From: Eledone cirrhosa
Taxonomy: Eukaryota
Assembly (NCBI GenBank): GCA_964016885.1
Contig: OZ024740.1
Span: 164,114,001-164,178,000 of the forward strand
DNA: 64,000 nt
Reading direction: 5' to 3'
Under the pieces are notes generated by a model. The model had not been told where the DNA came from. It ran no database searches and saw only the letters and a list, made by a program, of their open reading frames with translations. Made by a program: the position numbers and the translations under genes. Positions 1-14,044 of this stretch are shown in pieces (the first letter of the stretch is position 1; each line of letters begins with the position of its first letter).

Positions 1-403
1 AACTTCTAGAGATCTCTGGCCTGGCAGTGCTACCGAGGAGCTCTACCAGTTCGAGATAAAATCTACAGACATGGACGCCCTGGCAGAGATCCTGCCAAAA
101 GAATCTATCCAAGATGCGAGCAGGACATTGAAACCGTCCTGCACGATCAGTGCCCAGGGGTGTCCGACCTGTGGAATTATGTCGAACAGCTACTGTCACG
201 TGTTGGACGCATCCAGTTGTCAGCCGAGTCCATCGTGAATATCACGCCGCCGCCTTCATTTAAGAATGAAGGAGAGGCGGTTTTCCTCTGTCCGCTGGCT
301 ATGGCGAAAGAGGTAATATGGTGGACGAGATTAAAAGGACTGAGGGCAAACACCTTTCTCTCCGGGCAACAACTCATCCCCTTTTTTAAGTATCACTTCA
401 GAA
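1..403 (+). mobile_element. Tx1/L1-clade LINE, 3' ORF2 fragment (zinc-finger/C-terminal region)
   Basis: Paralogous to ~1470-1820 (DLWNY.EQLLSRVG.IQL.AESI...FKNEGEAVF in both ORFs); cut by the window edge. Confidence 0.75.
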
Positions 404-2168
404 GACCATTTTGTAGATTGATTTCCCCGTCTGAATTGTCAGCGAGTGGGTCATCGCATTTTTGCGACCATCAATACTTGGAAGTGGTTCTCAAGGCGGC
501 CTGCTTCGGTCCCGTCTTCAGAGGCTGTATCACAGCCATGCATACCAACATCTGCTCGACAGTGAAGGTGAACGGCTACCTATCGGAGCCGTTCCGAATC
601 ATGCGTTCCACCCGACAGGGATGCCCTCTCTCCTCCATTCTTACGTGTTGACTCTAGAGCCACTACTGCGGAAGTTGGAGCTTTTGCAGGGATCCCTTTG
701 GAACCGGGACTGCGAAAAGTGGCGTCGGCTTATGCCGACGACATGACAGTAATAGTGTAGAAAACCTCGGAAATCGGGGCGAACGGCAACTTACTTAAGG
801 AACACGAAAAGCTTACAGGAGCAAAACTCAACCCGGACAAGTCTGTCGGTTTGCAACTCGGGACGAGGAGAGGCAAACTGATGCCGTCCAACAGTGTCGT
901 CGGACGCTGTACGGAAGGACCGGCGAAATTGTTCGGGGTCTGGTTTGGTCCGGACCTCCAGGTGGAGAAAAAACTGGAACGAAGTCACGGCCAAGGTATT
1001 TGTGCACCCCAGAAGTGGGCAGAGTGCAAACTATCCTTGAAAGGTCGAGCGGAGGTGGCGAACACTTTCATAGCGTCCGTCATCTACTACCGCTTGACAG
1101 TCGTGCCTTGTCCCCGTGAATACCTCACCAAAATGTAACGCATACGCTTCCAATTTCTTTGGAAGAAGCAGGATCCACTGGTGAGGAGATCCGTCTGCTG
1201 CCAGCACCCTTCCAATGGAGGCTGGGAATGCCGTGGCTGATGATGCGCAAATACGCTCTGAGGCTACGGCATCTGCAGGTATTCCTCACCAATCAACCGG
1301 TGTGAGACAAGCCTTTCCGCAACTTATCTCGCTGACGGAGCTGCAGTCCTGGGACAAGCAGAGACCGAAGAAAATGGGCGCCTGTCATAATGAATGCGCT
1401 CAGGCGCTCACAGTCCTCTGTCAAGCGGGCACAGCAATCAGTGGAGACTCCACTTCGTCATTCTATGGTCCCTGGCCTGGCAGTGCTACCGAGGAGCTCT
1501 ACCAGCACGCGATAACATCTACAGGCACGGACGCCCCGGCAGGTATCCTTCAAAGTGGACGTGTCCAAGATGCGAGCGTAACCGACCTGTGGAACTACGC
1601 AGAACAACTGCTGTCGCGTGTGGGACAAATCCAGTTGACTGCCGAGTCCATATTAATGATCAAACCGTCACTTTCATTTAAAAACGAAGGAGAGGCGGTT
1701 TTCGTCTGTATGGTGGTTATGGTGAAGAGGTTATATGGTGGACAAGATTGAGAAGACTGAGGACTGATGCCTTTCTCTCCGGACAACACCTCATTCCCTT
1801 CTTTAGATACCACTTTAGAAGGAGAATCAGAGTGGAGCGAGCGGTACTGCGCCCCAGTAAATTTACTGAAAGATGGATGAATGTGGCGAGAAAGGCCCGA
1901 GTGATTGGGCCTTCTTTGCATATAAATATGTAGGTTGAAGAATAGAGCGAAAAGGAGAAAGGAGCATTTGCACAACATTCTCCTGTAGTTGAGGGTTCTT
2001 CTATCTACGGGGTATAAAACAACCCATTTATAACGCCTCCTCCCTATTGGAGTTTTAGATCGTTATATTTTAATGTTAAATTTTTTTTACACGACTGTAT
2101 GTAAAATCCCGCCATATGTCTTGGTATTGTACCCTTTTCTTGTGCGCCCTTGTGGCAAATAAAGAAAT
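404..2168 (+). mobile_element. Tx1/L1-clade LINE, decayed RT domain to 3' UTR
   Basis: Frameshifted RT motifs VKVNGYLSEPF..RSTRQGCPLS, SAYADDM (~726-746), KLFGVWFG, LSLKGRAEVANTFIASVIYYRL. AATAAA at 2158-2163, then a simple-repeat tail. Confidence 0.85.
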
Positions 2169-2494
2169 CTATCTATCTATATATCTCTCTACATACGTGC
2201 GTATGTGTATTGCTAATATATTGATGTAAAACACTCAAATCGTTCCCTCATAAATCTTTACAAACGTTTTATTTCACACCAAGGAAGCTACAGAAATATA
2301 ACTTCATACAGCTAATCATTTGTGTTAAAATTAAGAACACATCAACTTTAGAGCGTATAAATACATATATTCGACGGTAAGATTATGTTTTTAACGTTGG
2401 TTGTTGTGCTTGTATTTTATCGTGCCTACACACACACAAACACACCATTATTGTATATACACATACAATACATACATAAATACACACACACACG

Positions 2495-2562
<68 letters not shown>

Positions 2563-2665
2563 ATCAAGGTTTAGCAAATAGAGAAAAAGTTTTAAAATAA
2601 ATTAAAAAAAGTTTACTGTACCTACTATATTTACCCTTACCGCGCGGTTTCAAGTCTCAAAATAA

Positions 2666-2707
<42 letters not shown>

Positions 2708-4289
2708 GCTACTTAATGTACGTATGTATGTAAATGTGTATGTGTATATAGCTGTGTTCATTGGAAATAATATTTATGATGAATGTATGTAATCAGTTGA
2801 AAATTGAGTGCTTCAGTGATACAGACATGTAGCTGCTTTGCAGTGAAACCTACAACTTGTTTAATTTTCGTGTGGTTTCTCTATACGTAACAATCTTCTC
2901 GTGTTAGGTATAACGAGCTCTCAATGACAGCCATAGAGTCCTATTTGTCTCCCTAAAATGCCTATAGCGATTATTATAAATATAGCACTTCCGGTTACGT
3001 TGAAGTGAATGAAAATAAATTCGGGAAGTTTTATCGTGAAACAAAAACATTACGACAGAGATTAATGGTTCTCAAAACCGATGAATCTCTATCATTCATT
3101 ACGATTTTGAAGATGGTTTCAGTGAAGTTTGCCCTTTTCTTTCTTGTTATATATTATCTTAAATATTTTCCTGGTGAAATCTATGGGAGTATCCACATAG
3201 TCACTCACCCTACTAGATATAGCAGTCAAATCACCCTATAAATATACCCTACCAAGAACAAAATAGGTAACCTATTCTAAAATACTGTGTGTTTGGAAAA
3301 GAGGGAGTAGTTGCAACTGAAATAAGTTTGATCATAGATCTGTTCGATGATGGTTTACCTGAGTCTAAGAAAAAAATAAGAATAACAACAACAACATCAA
3401 AAATAACAATAAGAACAACAATATCCAAATTATTTCCCCCTTTCCAGATAAAACCTCCGACAAAACATTGGAATGATTTAATTTAGAATGTCAGATACCA
3501 TTGGATGTCAATATACCTTAATTCTCCTCATGTCACAGTAAACAAATTAAGACAGACAAGACAAAATGAGAAACACTAAGCTGACAACAATACGTTTGAA
3601 ATAGCTTAAAACCCAATGTTCATTCAAATCATAGATGTAACAAGTGGAGTCAATGTTTTATAATTTTCTTCCACATAGTATGTCTTTTCATGAATCTTCG
3701 TAGTTTACTGCAACAGAGATTTTTTTCCCTAAGAGAGATTTAAGAACCACGTTATCAAAAACGTTTCTTCAACTAGATAAAAATAAAAAGAGGTGAAATA
3801 AATAGGGCCATATTTCACATATTCGTAAGTAGTGTTTCCCTTCAATACGTAATTATTCCTATTTGTCCGGGAAGAGAGAGTAATTTTCCAGTATTCAGTT
3901 TGTGCAAGAGGAAAAATATTTATAAACCTTGCAGAATATCCCAGTCAGACGAAGTCAAGGCAGCTGATATTCAACCTGAAATTTTACAAATTAAAATTTG
4001 ATGCAGAGGGAATGTGAACGGAATGGGTTAAAATATGTTATTCTTAAGAGGTAGAACAGCAATATTTTAAGTATAAAATCTGGGAGGAATGAGACGTTTG
4101 ACTGGAAATTATATAAATTGGCAAGTTTAAAGACAGCGTTAAAATTGAGACAGGAAGTAGAAGGAGGAGGCATTACATGGCTGGAGTAGTGTATTGGCGT
4201 GTGAAGGTTTATCTATCACCCAGATACAATTTTCTCAGTGTGTGAATCAGAAATTTGTATAGTTTCCTATTTGTGCATAATAAGCTGAC

Positions 4290-4528
4290 GTGAATTATGA
4301 TGTTCATATGAATTATAAGGTACATACGAGCTATGACGTTTATGTGAGCTGTGAAGGTCATTTCAGTTATGACGCCGATTTGGCTTATGACGCGCATGAC
4401 AAACTCTGACGTTCATGTAAGTTATGATGTCCATGAAAGGTATGACGCTATTGTGAGTTATGATGCTCATATAAGTTATGACATCCTTGCAATATATGAG
4501 ATATGGCGTTTATATGAGTTACGAGGTC
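4290..4528. repeat. Degenerate 18-bp minisatellite (approx. ATGAGTTATGACGCTCAT), about 13 units
   Basis: TATGA recurs every ~18 nt; gives the SYDAHI-like repeats in ORF 4351-4533. Confidence 0.75.
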
Positions 4529-5328
4529 TTTAGTTAAGTAAAGGGAAAATAGCTATAATTATGAAGCAGTTAAGTGAATGTTTGTAAAGTGGAATTGGCT
4601 ACAGCTAGGAATCGAATCCATGCTGTGCAATTAGAACTCTGGTAGCATATCCTACTCAAATACAATTCACCAGCAGCATGGCCCTACGTGGTCACTCAAA
4701 TTATTGAAAATATTCAAATTATATCCTATCATTTTAAAATGCATAGGTCACAATGACAATAGCAGTAGCGGTACAGCAAATCAAAGACTGACTAGAAATA
4801 GCAGCTAAATCTCCCTAAAACACAGCATACCATCTTAAATAGAAGTAGAGACACATAAATAGTCTCAGATATACCACGTTTAAAAGAAAGCATGGGATGG
4901 CTAAGACTGCAAAATTTTGATCATAGGTTAGGATGACCTACGGCAAAACAACAACCGCAACAAAAACAACAATATTACCACCACCATCATCCACTAACTC
5001 CAACCATCAACGCCACAACTAGCACCACCATGAGTAATATCACTACCACTGCCACCGTCACAACCATCAACACCCACAGTGCTATACATTCTATCTGAGA
5101 GGACAATTTCTTCAGTTTGATCTTAGAAACTTGAGATATCAAATTAGAATTACATGAAGTAGCAAATGACAAATATAATACGAGGAGCTTTATCGATGTT
5201 ACTTCAGTAGAAATCTCTGTGGAATTGCTCCTGTAGAAATATCTAGTTACATAACGACTAATACAGTTTTGTCCGCAAGTTAGCTCGTTAATAGAATTGA
5301 CAACGTTCATATACACGCATAAAACACA

Positions 5329-5391
<63 letters not shown>

Positions 5392-5440
5392 CTCTGTCTC
5401 TCTCTCTTCCTCTCTCTCTCACACACAAATAAACCAATAA

Positions 5441-5486
<46 letters not shown>

Positions 5487-6058
5487 GAAGTCAGACGACT
5501 CTCAAATTCTAATGGTAACATGTAACCCAATACAACCTGTCGCATGGTCGGGTTTTAAACGACTAAACCGGCAATCCCACCAGGCTTGCTTGGAAAGGAG
5601 GATGATATTGGGTACCCTGCAGGATGAAAAACAAAACCAAACAAAGGGAGGGGGAACTCCTTAGAGTCAACGGCTATCCAATAGTATGTACATATGATGC
5701 AGGGACATAGAAATACTCAGGTTGATGTCTGAGTGCGTGGTGATCTCACTGGAAATGAAAAACCTCAGATCTTCTTTAGGATATTTCTCTATGAGAGGAA
5801 AACCTTGACAACCGCGACTCAACAGTAACCGATCATGTTTATCTGTTCTTCCGTATTAGTTCAGTGTAAGGCCTTTCCTCACTATAAAAAGCTTCATGCA
5901 CAGGCACCCTTCGATATCATAAATCTTTGAATGAGGAAAATTACTGACCGTAGCCGTAAAAGGTTACCTGTGGGTAAAACACTAAGTCAGTTGCAGGCCT
6001 AGAAGCCATATCCGTTTGCAACATCCACAGGACTCAAGCTGTGGCAACCATGATATAG

Positions 6059-6192
<134 letters not shown>

Positions 6193-6559
6193 CCATAATT
6201 TCATTGAGCTGTTATGGTACAACGAAATCGAAACTATTGTATATCGATCGAAATATATATATATATATATATATAATAATGATTTCATTTATTAGCCACA
6301 AGGGCCGAGTATTTATACTTATATATATATAATCTATATAAAATAATAAATAAGATAGGGGTAATATTTTACCAGTAAGAAAATTAGCTCAATGTAAAAT
6401 ATTAGATATATTACAGAGTAGAAACGATCGTCAGCAATTATGTTGTCTCTCTCTCTCTCTACCCCCCACCACCACCGCGAGAAATGGTGGCAGGATGGAT
6501 GAAGAAACACACACAGGTACTTCTAAATGTCAGCAGCAGCAAGACCTAGGCTGACCACA

Positions 6560-6965
6560 GCACCAACATCACTACCAAAATAAGGGTAGAGGTCAATAGC
6601 AAAAACAAACACTACAGGTAGCCTCACCCCAGAAAGAATTTCTGTAGACTTTTGACTGAGGAATGCTCTCACAACTGACCAATGGGAGGAGTGACCTTAC
6701 AAATCTTTCTAACATTGAGATTGGGTATAACACACACATTTTATTTGATTATCTTATTTTATTTTGTTCCTTTACCATCTTATTCCTTCTACCACTTTAT
6801 CATTTTTTTTAGCTGACTCCAACACCAACACCACTACCAACATAAGAGTAGAGGTCAGATATACTTAACAATAACAAGAACAACCACTACAGATTGCCTC
6901 GCCTCAGAACGAATTTCTATAGACTTTTGACTGAGGAATGTTCTCACAACTGACCATTGGGAGGA
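6560..6965 (+). repeat. Diverged direct duplication (~6560-6691 and ~6822-6965) upstream of a hammerhead
   Basis: Shared caccaaca.cactaccaa...agacttttgactgaggaatg.tctcacaactgacca.tgggaggag. Confidence 0.75.
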
Positions 6966-7128
6966 GAAGATATCCTTTGACGCTGAAATTCGTTTGTTTA
7001 AATTCATATGATTCCAATTCCAGTTCCTCAGTGAAATAGTAACCCAACCAGGAACTGGGCATATCAGAGTATTGACGGAGTTAAACACCCCAACAACATG
7101 TGTAATCGTCTCTACCACACTAATTCGG

Positions 7129-7183
7129 ACTGCCTGAAGAGGTCACAGCCAAAGATGGCTGTCACCGAAATATATATAGCAGT
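7129..7183 (+). ncRNA. Type I hammerhead ribozyme (minimal)
   Basis: ACTGC-CTGAAGA-GGTCACAGCC aaagat GGCTGTCACC-GAAA-tatata-TA-GCAGT. Stem I 5 bp, stem II 9/10 bp, palindromic stem III, intact core. Confidence 0.8.
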
Positions 7184-7219
7184 ATTAAACGAAGCCAAAT
7201 TTTAAACATTTGACTTATT

Positions 7220-7255
<36 letters not shown>

Positions 7256-7344
7256 GAACGACCGACTTTCGTCAAATCGGACCGAGGGAACGATGTTTCC
7301 GTTGGTCTTTCCAATTGCTAATACTATCTATCGGTCGCAACTCC

Positions 7345-7410
7345 AGGTAGAAGGAGCAACGTGAAATAAAGTGTCTTGCTCAAGGACATAACGCATCGCC
7401 TGGTCCAGGA
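7345..7410 (-). mobile_element. tRNA-derived SINE fragment
   Basis: aagtgtcttgctcaaggaca...gggaatcga (reverse B-box-like)...ccactcagccac (reverse A-box-like). Confidence 0.55.
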
Positions 7411-7820
7411 ATCGATATCACAACTTTACGATTGCGAATCCAATTCTCTATCCACTCAGCCACACGCCTTTCTTTCCTCTTCTATCTTTCTCCTTTCTTT
7501 TTTCTTTTTTTCTTTTTTTTTCTCTCTCCCTTACATATCATCATCTTCCAACAGTTTAATTTAAATAAACCGTTATATTTTCAACCTTTCGGACACTCAT
7601 TTGCATACTCACTCATAACTTTGTATTACCCTCAATAATGTACTATCCAGGAAGCTCCAACCGTTAAGGTTGTCTTTTTTCCGGGTATGTCAATATTTAT
7701 TTATAAAACAAATCTGTATTTTATCTGATGAAAGCGCACCATAATTTGCCTTGGTTGCCCTTGAAATATGTATAATAAAATAAATATGGTTTTATAAATA
7801 TAGTTTCCATTTATTAATAT

Positions 7821-7942
<122 letters not shown>

Positions 7943-8021
7943 TACAACATAATTGCTGACGATCGTTTCTACTCTGTAATATATCTAATATTTTACATTG
8001 AGCTAATTTTCTTACTGGTAA

Positions 8022-8993
8022 TTGGGTAATACAAAATATCTGAAAACCTAATCTATGTTTTGACCTGCTCAGGTTGTCAAGAGCACTACATAGGACAGAC
8101 AAAAAACAGCCTCCGTCAACGTATGACTGTCCATAAATCACAAATTAAAATACAGGAGTACAAAAAGATTGCATTTAGTGAACATATCGACAATTGTGCA
8201 CACAATCAACATCCAAACTTTAAATTTTTCCCCATTTACAAATTCATAGACAACGCTACCTTCATCCATCGTACCAATAAGGAAACATATTTCATTAACA
8301 AATTCCAACCTCTACTTAATGCACTAAAAATCGGACCAAACTAAAACTGCAACAAACAATCAAACATTTACAAGAGTTACCTACCTCACACCCTACCTAA
8401 TCCTTTTTCTTAAATAAATTAAATATCATCCAGAAAGAATTGCTTCCCGCTGCATATTAACTCTCTAAAAAGGGAAATCATATCAAACCTCAGTCCACCA
8501 TTTGCCTCCATCATGGAATCATGGATCAACTAAGCACTCTTGCTATATTAACACATTTTAATTTGTTTAACTTCAAGAACTATGTCTGTAAATAACATTA
8601 TTTTTTCTTTCACATTGACTTTTTATGCTCTACATTACGTCCGTTTTTTTTTCTTTTTTCTTTTTTCTTTTCACTTCATAAACCTTGTTTGTAAATAACA
8701 TTATTCTTTCTGCACCTTCTCTTTAACATGTGCGACACCACACTAATACATATCACTATCATTTGATAATGCATAAAAATGCTGAAACCGGTAATAGACA
8801 ATTATTAAATATATAAAAAGATAAATAAATGCCATTGTTAAATAATAAATAAATCAACTAATACCTTAACACTTCACCCAAAGTAAAACATTTCGTTTTA
8901 ATCATTTTCTAACCCAGAAAAAAGAGAGAGAGAAATAAAAAAGGAAAAAAATATATTTTTCTTCCTAATAATCGTCTCTTTCTCCCTGTTTTC

Positions 8994-8995
<2 letters not shown>
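8022..8995 (+). mobile_element. 5'-truncated Penelope-like element: GIY-YIG endonuclease fragment plus 3' region
   Basis: NLIYVLTCSGCQEHYIGQTKNSLRQRMTVH...KETYFINKFQPLLN (8040-8344); degenerate hammerhead at 8756-8797; ends at (TA)n. Confidence 0.85.
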
Positions 8996-9068
<73 letters not shown>

Positions 9069-11153
9069 CAGAAGGGGGAGGCTGGAATGCTTGGGTGATT
9101 GCTGGTGCTGGGCTTACAAAATAAAAACACCTTGCTGAAGGATGTACCTTGTACAGGAACTTTTCAGATACAAATCACATGGTGAGCTATGACCGAATAG
9201 ACCCATGCCAGCCATCGTTATATATATTTTCTGGAAAATAAATTGAAAGTGTAAAATTGATGCAGCATCTATCTCTTCTGTTAGTACTTCTATTATTACC
9301 CGTGGCACACTGCTAGAGAGAAGGCGGATAATTGCAAGTATCATTAGAATGTCAAATAAAACACCTTGCGGAATTCGTTGCGGCTCCCTGCACACTATGT
9401 TCAAATTTTGATGAGATGAATTTTATTTTTCATATTTTCGAGTTAATAAAGGCAGTACCAGTCTAATACTAGGGTCGATTTCCCCCCTGTCTCTATTTAA
9501 CTCCCTCTCCCTTTCTCTGGAAGAAATCAGCTGTGTTCAGACTTGAAAAGGGATGGACTCCGTCAGGTTTAAAATTCCCATGACCCGTTGTATGTCACAA
9601 CGTTGCCCCCTTGACTCCACTCGTAGTTACGGGAGCATACATACATACACTTCTATAGAGCAGAACTGTTTCAATGCAAGGTTTGAAAAATAGCATTTTA
9701 GTTCTATCAACTAAAGTAAAATTTGCGCGCTGTTGCCCATCCTAATTGGCAACTTAGTCTAAAAGTATTTTTACTGGCTGTCGTATCACATCCGAGATAA
9801 AAACATGAAACACAGACAAAAATAAAAGAAAAAGAAAAACAAAAAAAAAACAACAAAATTTTAATTTTGATGTAAAAAATGTTTAAAGGAAAAAGAAATT
9901 ACCATTGCTTTTCTTTTCTCTCAACGTTTTCACATCAGCAACTAAACGAAACCTGCTGTTTAAACATTGACACAAAACTTACATACTTTCACACTTTAAA
10001 TAATTAGAAAAAATAAAAGGAAAGATATATGAAAACAACAACATATAAAGCATTTATCACTGCCGTTTTACCCTATATCTCATTGTGTGTAGCACAACCT
10101 GTTTTATGTTTTCAATGGGAATTTATGCTACTTCTTACAGCTTTTTTGAAATCAGTAACGTTGTAGTCTCTTCACTGGAGACCCGGCATGTACTGTATAA
10201 ATGGTGCTTTCATTTCGACCTTCTTCTTCTTCTTCTTCTTCTTCTTCTTCTTCTTCTTCTTCTTCTTCTTCTTCTTCTTCTTCTTCTTCTTTCAGACTTT
10301 GCTACCGCAATAAGAAACAAACAAATAACATGGGCTAATATTATATCGTTCATGTATATACGAGGTAAAGGCTTGAACGTCACAACACCTAGTTTACCGC
10401 CTAGAAAAATGTGTATCAAGGCAACTACACTGTCACCAAAAGAAGACTATTAACAATAAAGAGGAACAGCAGCAGCACTTGAACACTTATTTTCATGCTG
10501 TTGTTGTTATCGCTGTTTATTCCCAAGTCTACTTTGTTCAACCAGACCTATAATCAAAACTGTTCAAGCCCTGACCACCCCGTATTTTTCCGCTATGGAA
10601 TACCTAGGGATATATTATCTATGTATTAAAGAAACAACAATGTATGTTTCGAGGGAGATTTACCTGCTACATCTAGCATGTTTCGCTACCACTCAGTGGT
10701 TTTCTCGTTGGCTAGGTCTCTCATAGAACTTGGCTGCTGTTATTTAACCTCTGTCAATATCCTTTCATCTTTGGTTTTCAGGAATAATGTACGCTAGATT
10801 ACACTATCCAATGTATCCTTTTATCAAATGCGTTGTTTTAAGGGAGATATGACTGCTATATCTAGCAGGTCAAGCTATTATATTGAGGATTCATCATTGG
10901 CTTGTCATATTTTATGTAGTACGATTTATACATAATGTAATAAGACAAGGAATCCAAATGTCATGTTTCATTGATTTAAGTATGTTAGCATCAACATTAA
11001 TATTTAGTTTTCACTAATACCGTCCCTAGGGATTTTTAGCAAGTCTTTACGTTCATTCTACGTATATATTTATATTTATGAAGATAAAAATAAGTTGCCC
11101 CTTATCTACATGATTTGGCTGGAATTTGATGAGAACTACTAACCGGTCAGTAG

Positions 11154-11396
11154 AAAAATACAATAATTACATCTAACTTATCATTTTAAGCATAACTAGG
11201 CGAAATCAAAACGAGTAATTATTTAAACAAATTAATTTTCTAGAACTCCTTCGTCGTCTTTAAACGACACACAGAGGAACATTTTAGCCCAGATTGAGCT
11301 GAGACTGTGCAAGCTGACAACACAATCGTCCATAACATAGCATAGATACCCGCACTAATTTCTTGAAACCTACGGTTTGATGTTAATTGTCTTGGT

Positions 11397-11454
<58 letters not shown>

Positions 11455-11697
11455 ACCAAGACAATTAACATCAAACCGTAGGTTTCAAGAAATTAGTGCG
11501 GGTATCTATGCTATGTTATGGACGATTGTGTTGTCAGCTTGCACAGTCTCAGCTCAATCTGGGCTAAAATGTTCCTCTGTGTGTCGTTTAAAGACGACGA
11601 AGGAGTTCTAGAAAATTAATTTGTTTAAATAATTACTCGTTTTGATTTCGCCTAGTTATGCTTAAAATGATAAGTTAGATGTAATTATTGTATTTTT
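11154..11697. repeat. Near-perfect palindrome, ~250-bp arms centred on a (TA)n tract
   Basis: 11154-11403 is the reverse complement of 11448-11697; mirror ORFs 11240-11464(-) and 11387-11611(+). Confidence 0.95.
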
Positions 11698-12257
11698 ACA
11701 TGTTATCCATGCGCTACCTGCAGTATTTTTCTCCATATTTTATTACATATATTTACCCAAACTGCGATTCTGTGTTTTTCTCTCTCTCTCTTACTGTTCC
11801 CCCATTCTCTCTGTTTCTCCTACTTTCTTTCGCCCCCTCTGTCATGTCAGTTAGCTCTTCCTCACACTTTCACTCACTCACTGTTTCTCCTCTCTTCGCT
11901 TCATCCTGTACACGACGAAAGCTATATTTTTCTCTCTTCTCACATGGCCCTCGTTCGTGTCAGGTCTTTTTTCTAAAGCGCTCATATATTCACCTAGCTT
12001 ATGCTAAACAGAATAATTATGAAGCTTGTTTCATTCCCCTACGGTTAGCTATACTCTTTGTTATTCTCCTGTCTCACTCGCTTTACGCGTTTTAATTGTC
12101 CTAATAACTTATTTTAGTTATTATTGCACCGACGTGAGGTATATGATTTTTAATGCAATGAAATATCTATGATCGTCGGCAAATCACTGATGAGGGACTC
12201 ATTTTATTACATGTTATCCATGCGCTACCTGCAGTATTTTTCTCCATATTTTATTAC

Positions 12258-12262
<5 letters not shown>
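11698..12262 (+). mobile_element. Non-coding terminally redundant element (511-bp period, ~54-bp direct repeat) ending in (TA)n
   Basis: acatgttatccatgcgctacctgcag...ttacatat at 11698 and 12209; 3' part homologous to 62540-62673. Confidence 0.7.
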
Positions 12263-12302
<40 letters not shown>

Positions 12303-13873
12303 AAGAGAGAGAGAGAGAGAGAGAGAAATCACGGCACAAGGCAAAACGGTATTATTGTGATACGAATCTTCGACTCTTCTTTTATTATCAGTACAGATTC
12401 TCTTATTAGTTTTCTCCAAATTCTCATTTTTATCCTTTAGATTGAAAACAATAACATCAGCAAATATAAAGGTGGCAAAAGATACAAACTCCTTGAAGGA
12501 AAAGAAAAAAAATTAAAATAATCATAACATTTTTTTTTCACCTCCTACCTCCTCCTATTCAAAATAAAACATGAAATTAATAAACCTAACAAACTACCAA
12601 ACAAAATCTAGAATTTAGTTGATATAAAGGTGAAATAAACAATGGGAAGAGTACCTCATTTATTATAATATTGTTACATTTTATTGTATCGGAATAAGAA
12701 ATAACACAAAGAAAAGAAAACAAACTTTAAAACCCCCCCCCCAAAAAAAAACCCCCAAAACCCCCCAAAACAAGCAAACAGAAAAACAAAACAAAACAAA
12801 TAATAATGCAACGTTAAAATATATTCATCACTCATTGAGAAAAAAACAAAAAAACACCACTCCCACTCTGACCACAGTCACCTCCGTTTGTAGAAAATAT
12901 AATAAAAGATAAAAATGTGAACACAAAGATAAAAAGATGTAAACAAGAAAATAAACAAGAAAATACAGAAAATAATAAATGAATAAATAATAAAATGTGA
13001 AAAAAATGAAATGTATAAAAACAAAATACTCACTCCGCCCACCACCACCACCACCAACAGCAACACCACCAACAACAACAACGACAAAAACTGTTCTCTT
13101 AAACAATACTGTTGTTTATGAATTCACTTTAATTGGAAATTAAAAAAGAAATTATTTTTTCTCTTGTTCTGTTTCGTGTAAAGTTAAATAGGAAATATAA
13201 ACTGACAGAAAGAAAGAGTGAGTAAATAAAAGAAAATATGAAAGAAAAAAGTGAAGGAAAATTGAAAGAAAGACGGAAACTAAGTAAGAATTATGTGTTA
13301 AGGTGATTTGTCAATAGTTTGGTGGATAAGCAATTAAATCTGAACATTAATAGTAACATTAAAACCTGACATTTGAATAAAGAAACAAACATCGACGAAT
13401 GTGCGGTGCTGTATGTGTTGCAGCTTCGTTAGCTCCGACCACAAGTTTTTTAACGAGTGAAATTAACGTAAAAATAGCTAAAATACTGAGTGTTCCCGTT
13501 GATAAAGCGATATAATTAATGGTCTGTACGTTTTGTACCGTGCAGACACTGAGAAAAAGAAGTCGCATATGTACTTACTTGATCAGTCTATATCGTGGAA
13601 ATCATGGTCCGGGAAAATGTGTAATTACAGTCATTACAAATAGCCTTTGGTGAGTACAGATTTACACGTTCAATATATTTAAATCTTGTCTCATTGAGTG
13701 AGTAATGAGACTAATGGTGTATAGTGAATATTTTTCCCTATAACCCTGTTTAACTATAAACAACACATACATACACACACACATATATATATATAGATCA
13801 ACATACCGTATTTCTTTAGAAATACGAAATTCAAATACATATTTGTATACAACTATGTTCGAAGCTAAATTCT

Positions 13874-14044
<171 letters not shown>

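Noticed and set aside
9146-9232. Possible minus-strand exon (ttttccag...gtacat)
   Set aside because: Weak donor site and no recognisable protein.
12129-12179. SECIS element (GTGA...AA...TGA)
   Set aside because: The best helix consumes the would-be GA quartet, there is no internal loop, the 62.5 kb homologue lacks RTGA, and no UGA-containing ORF lies upstream.
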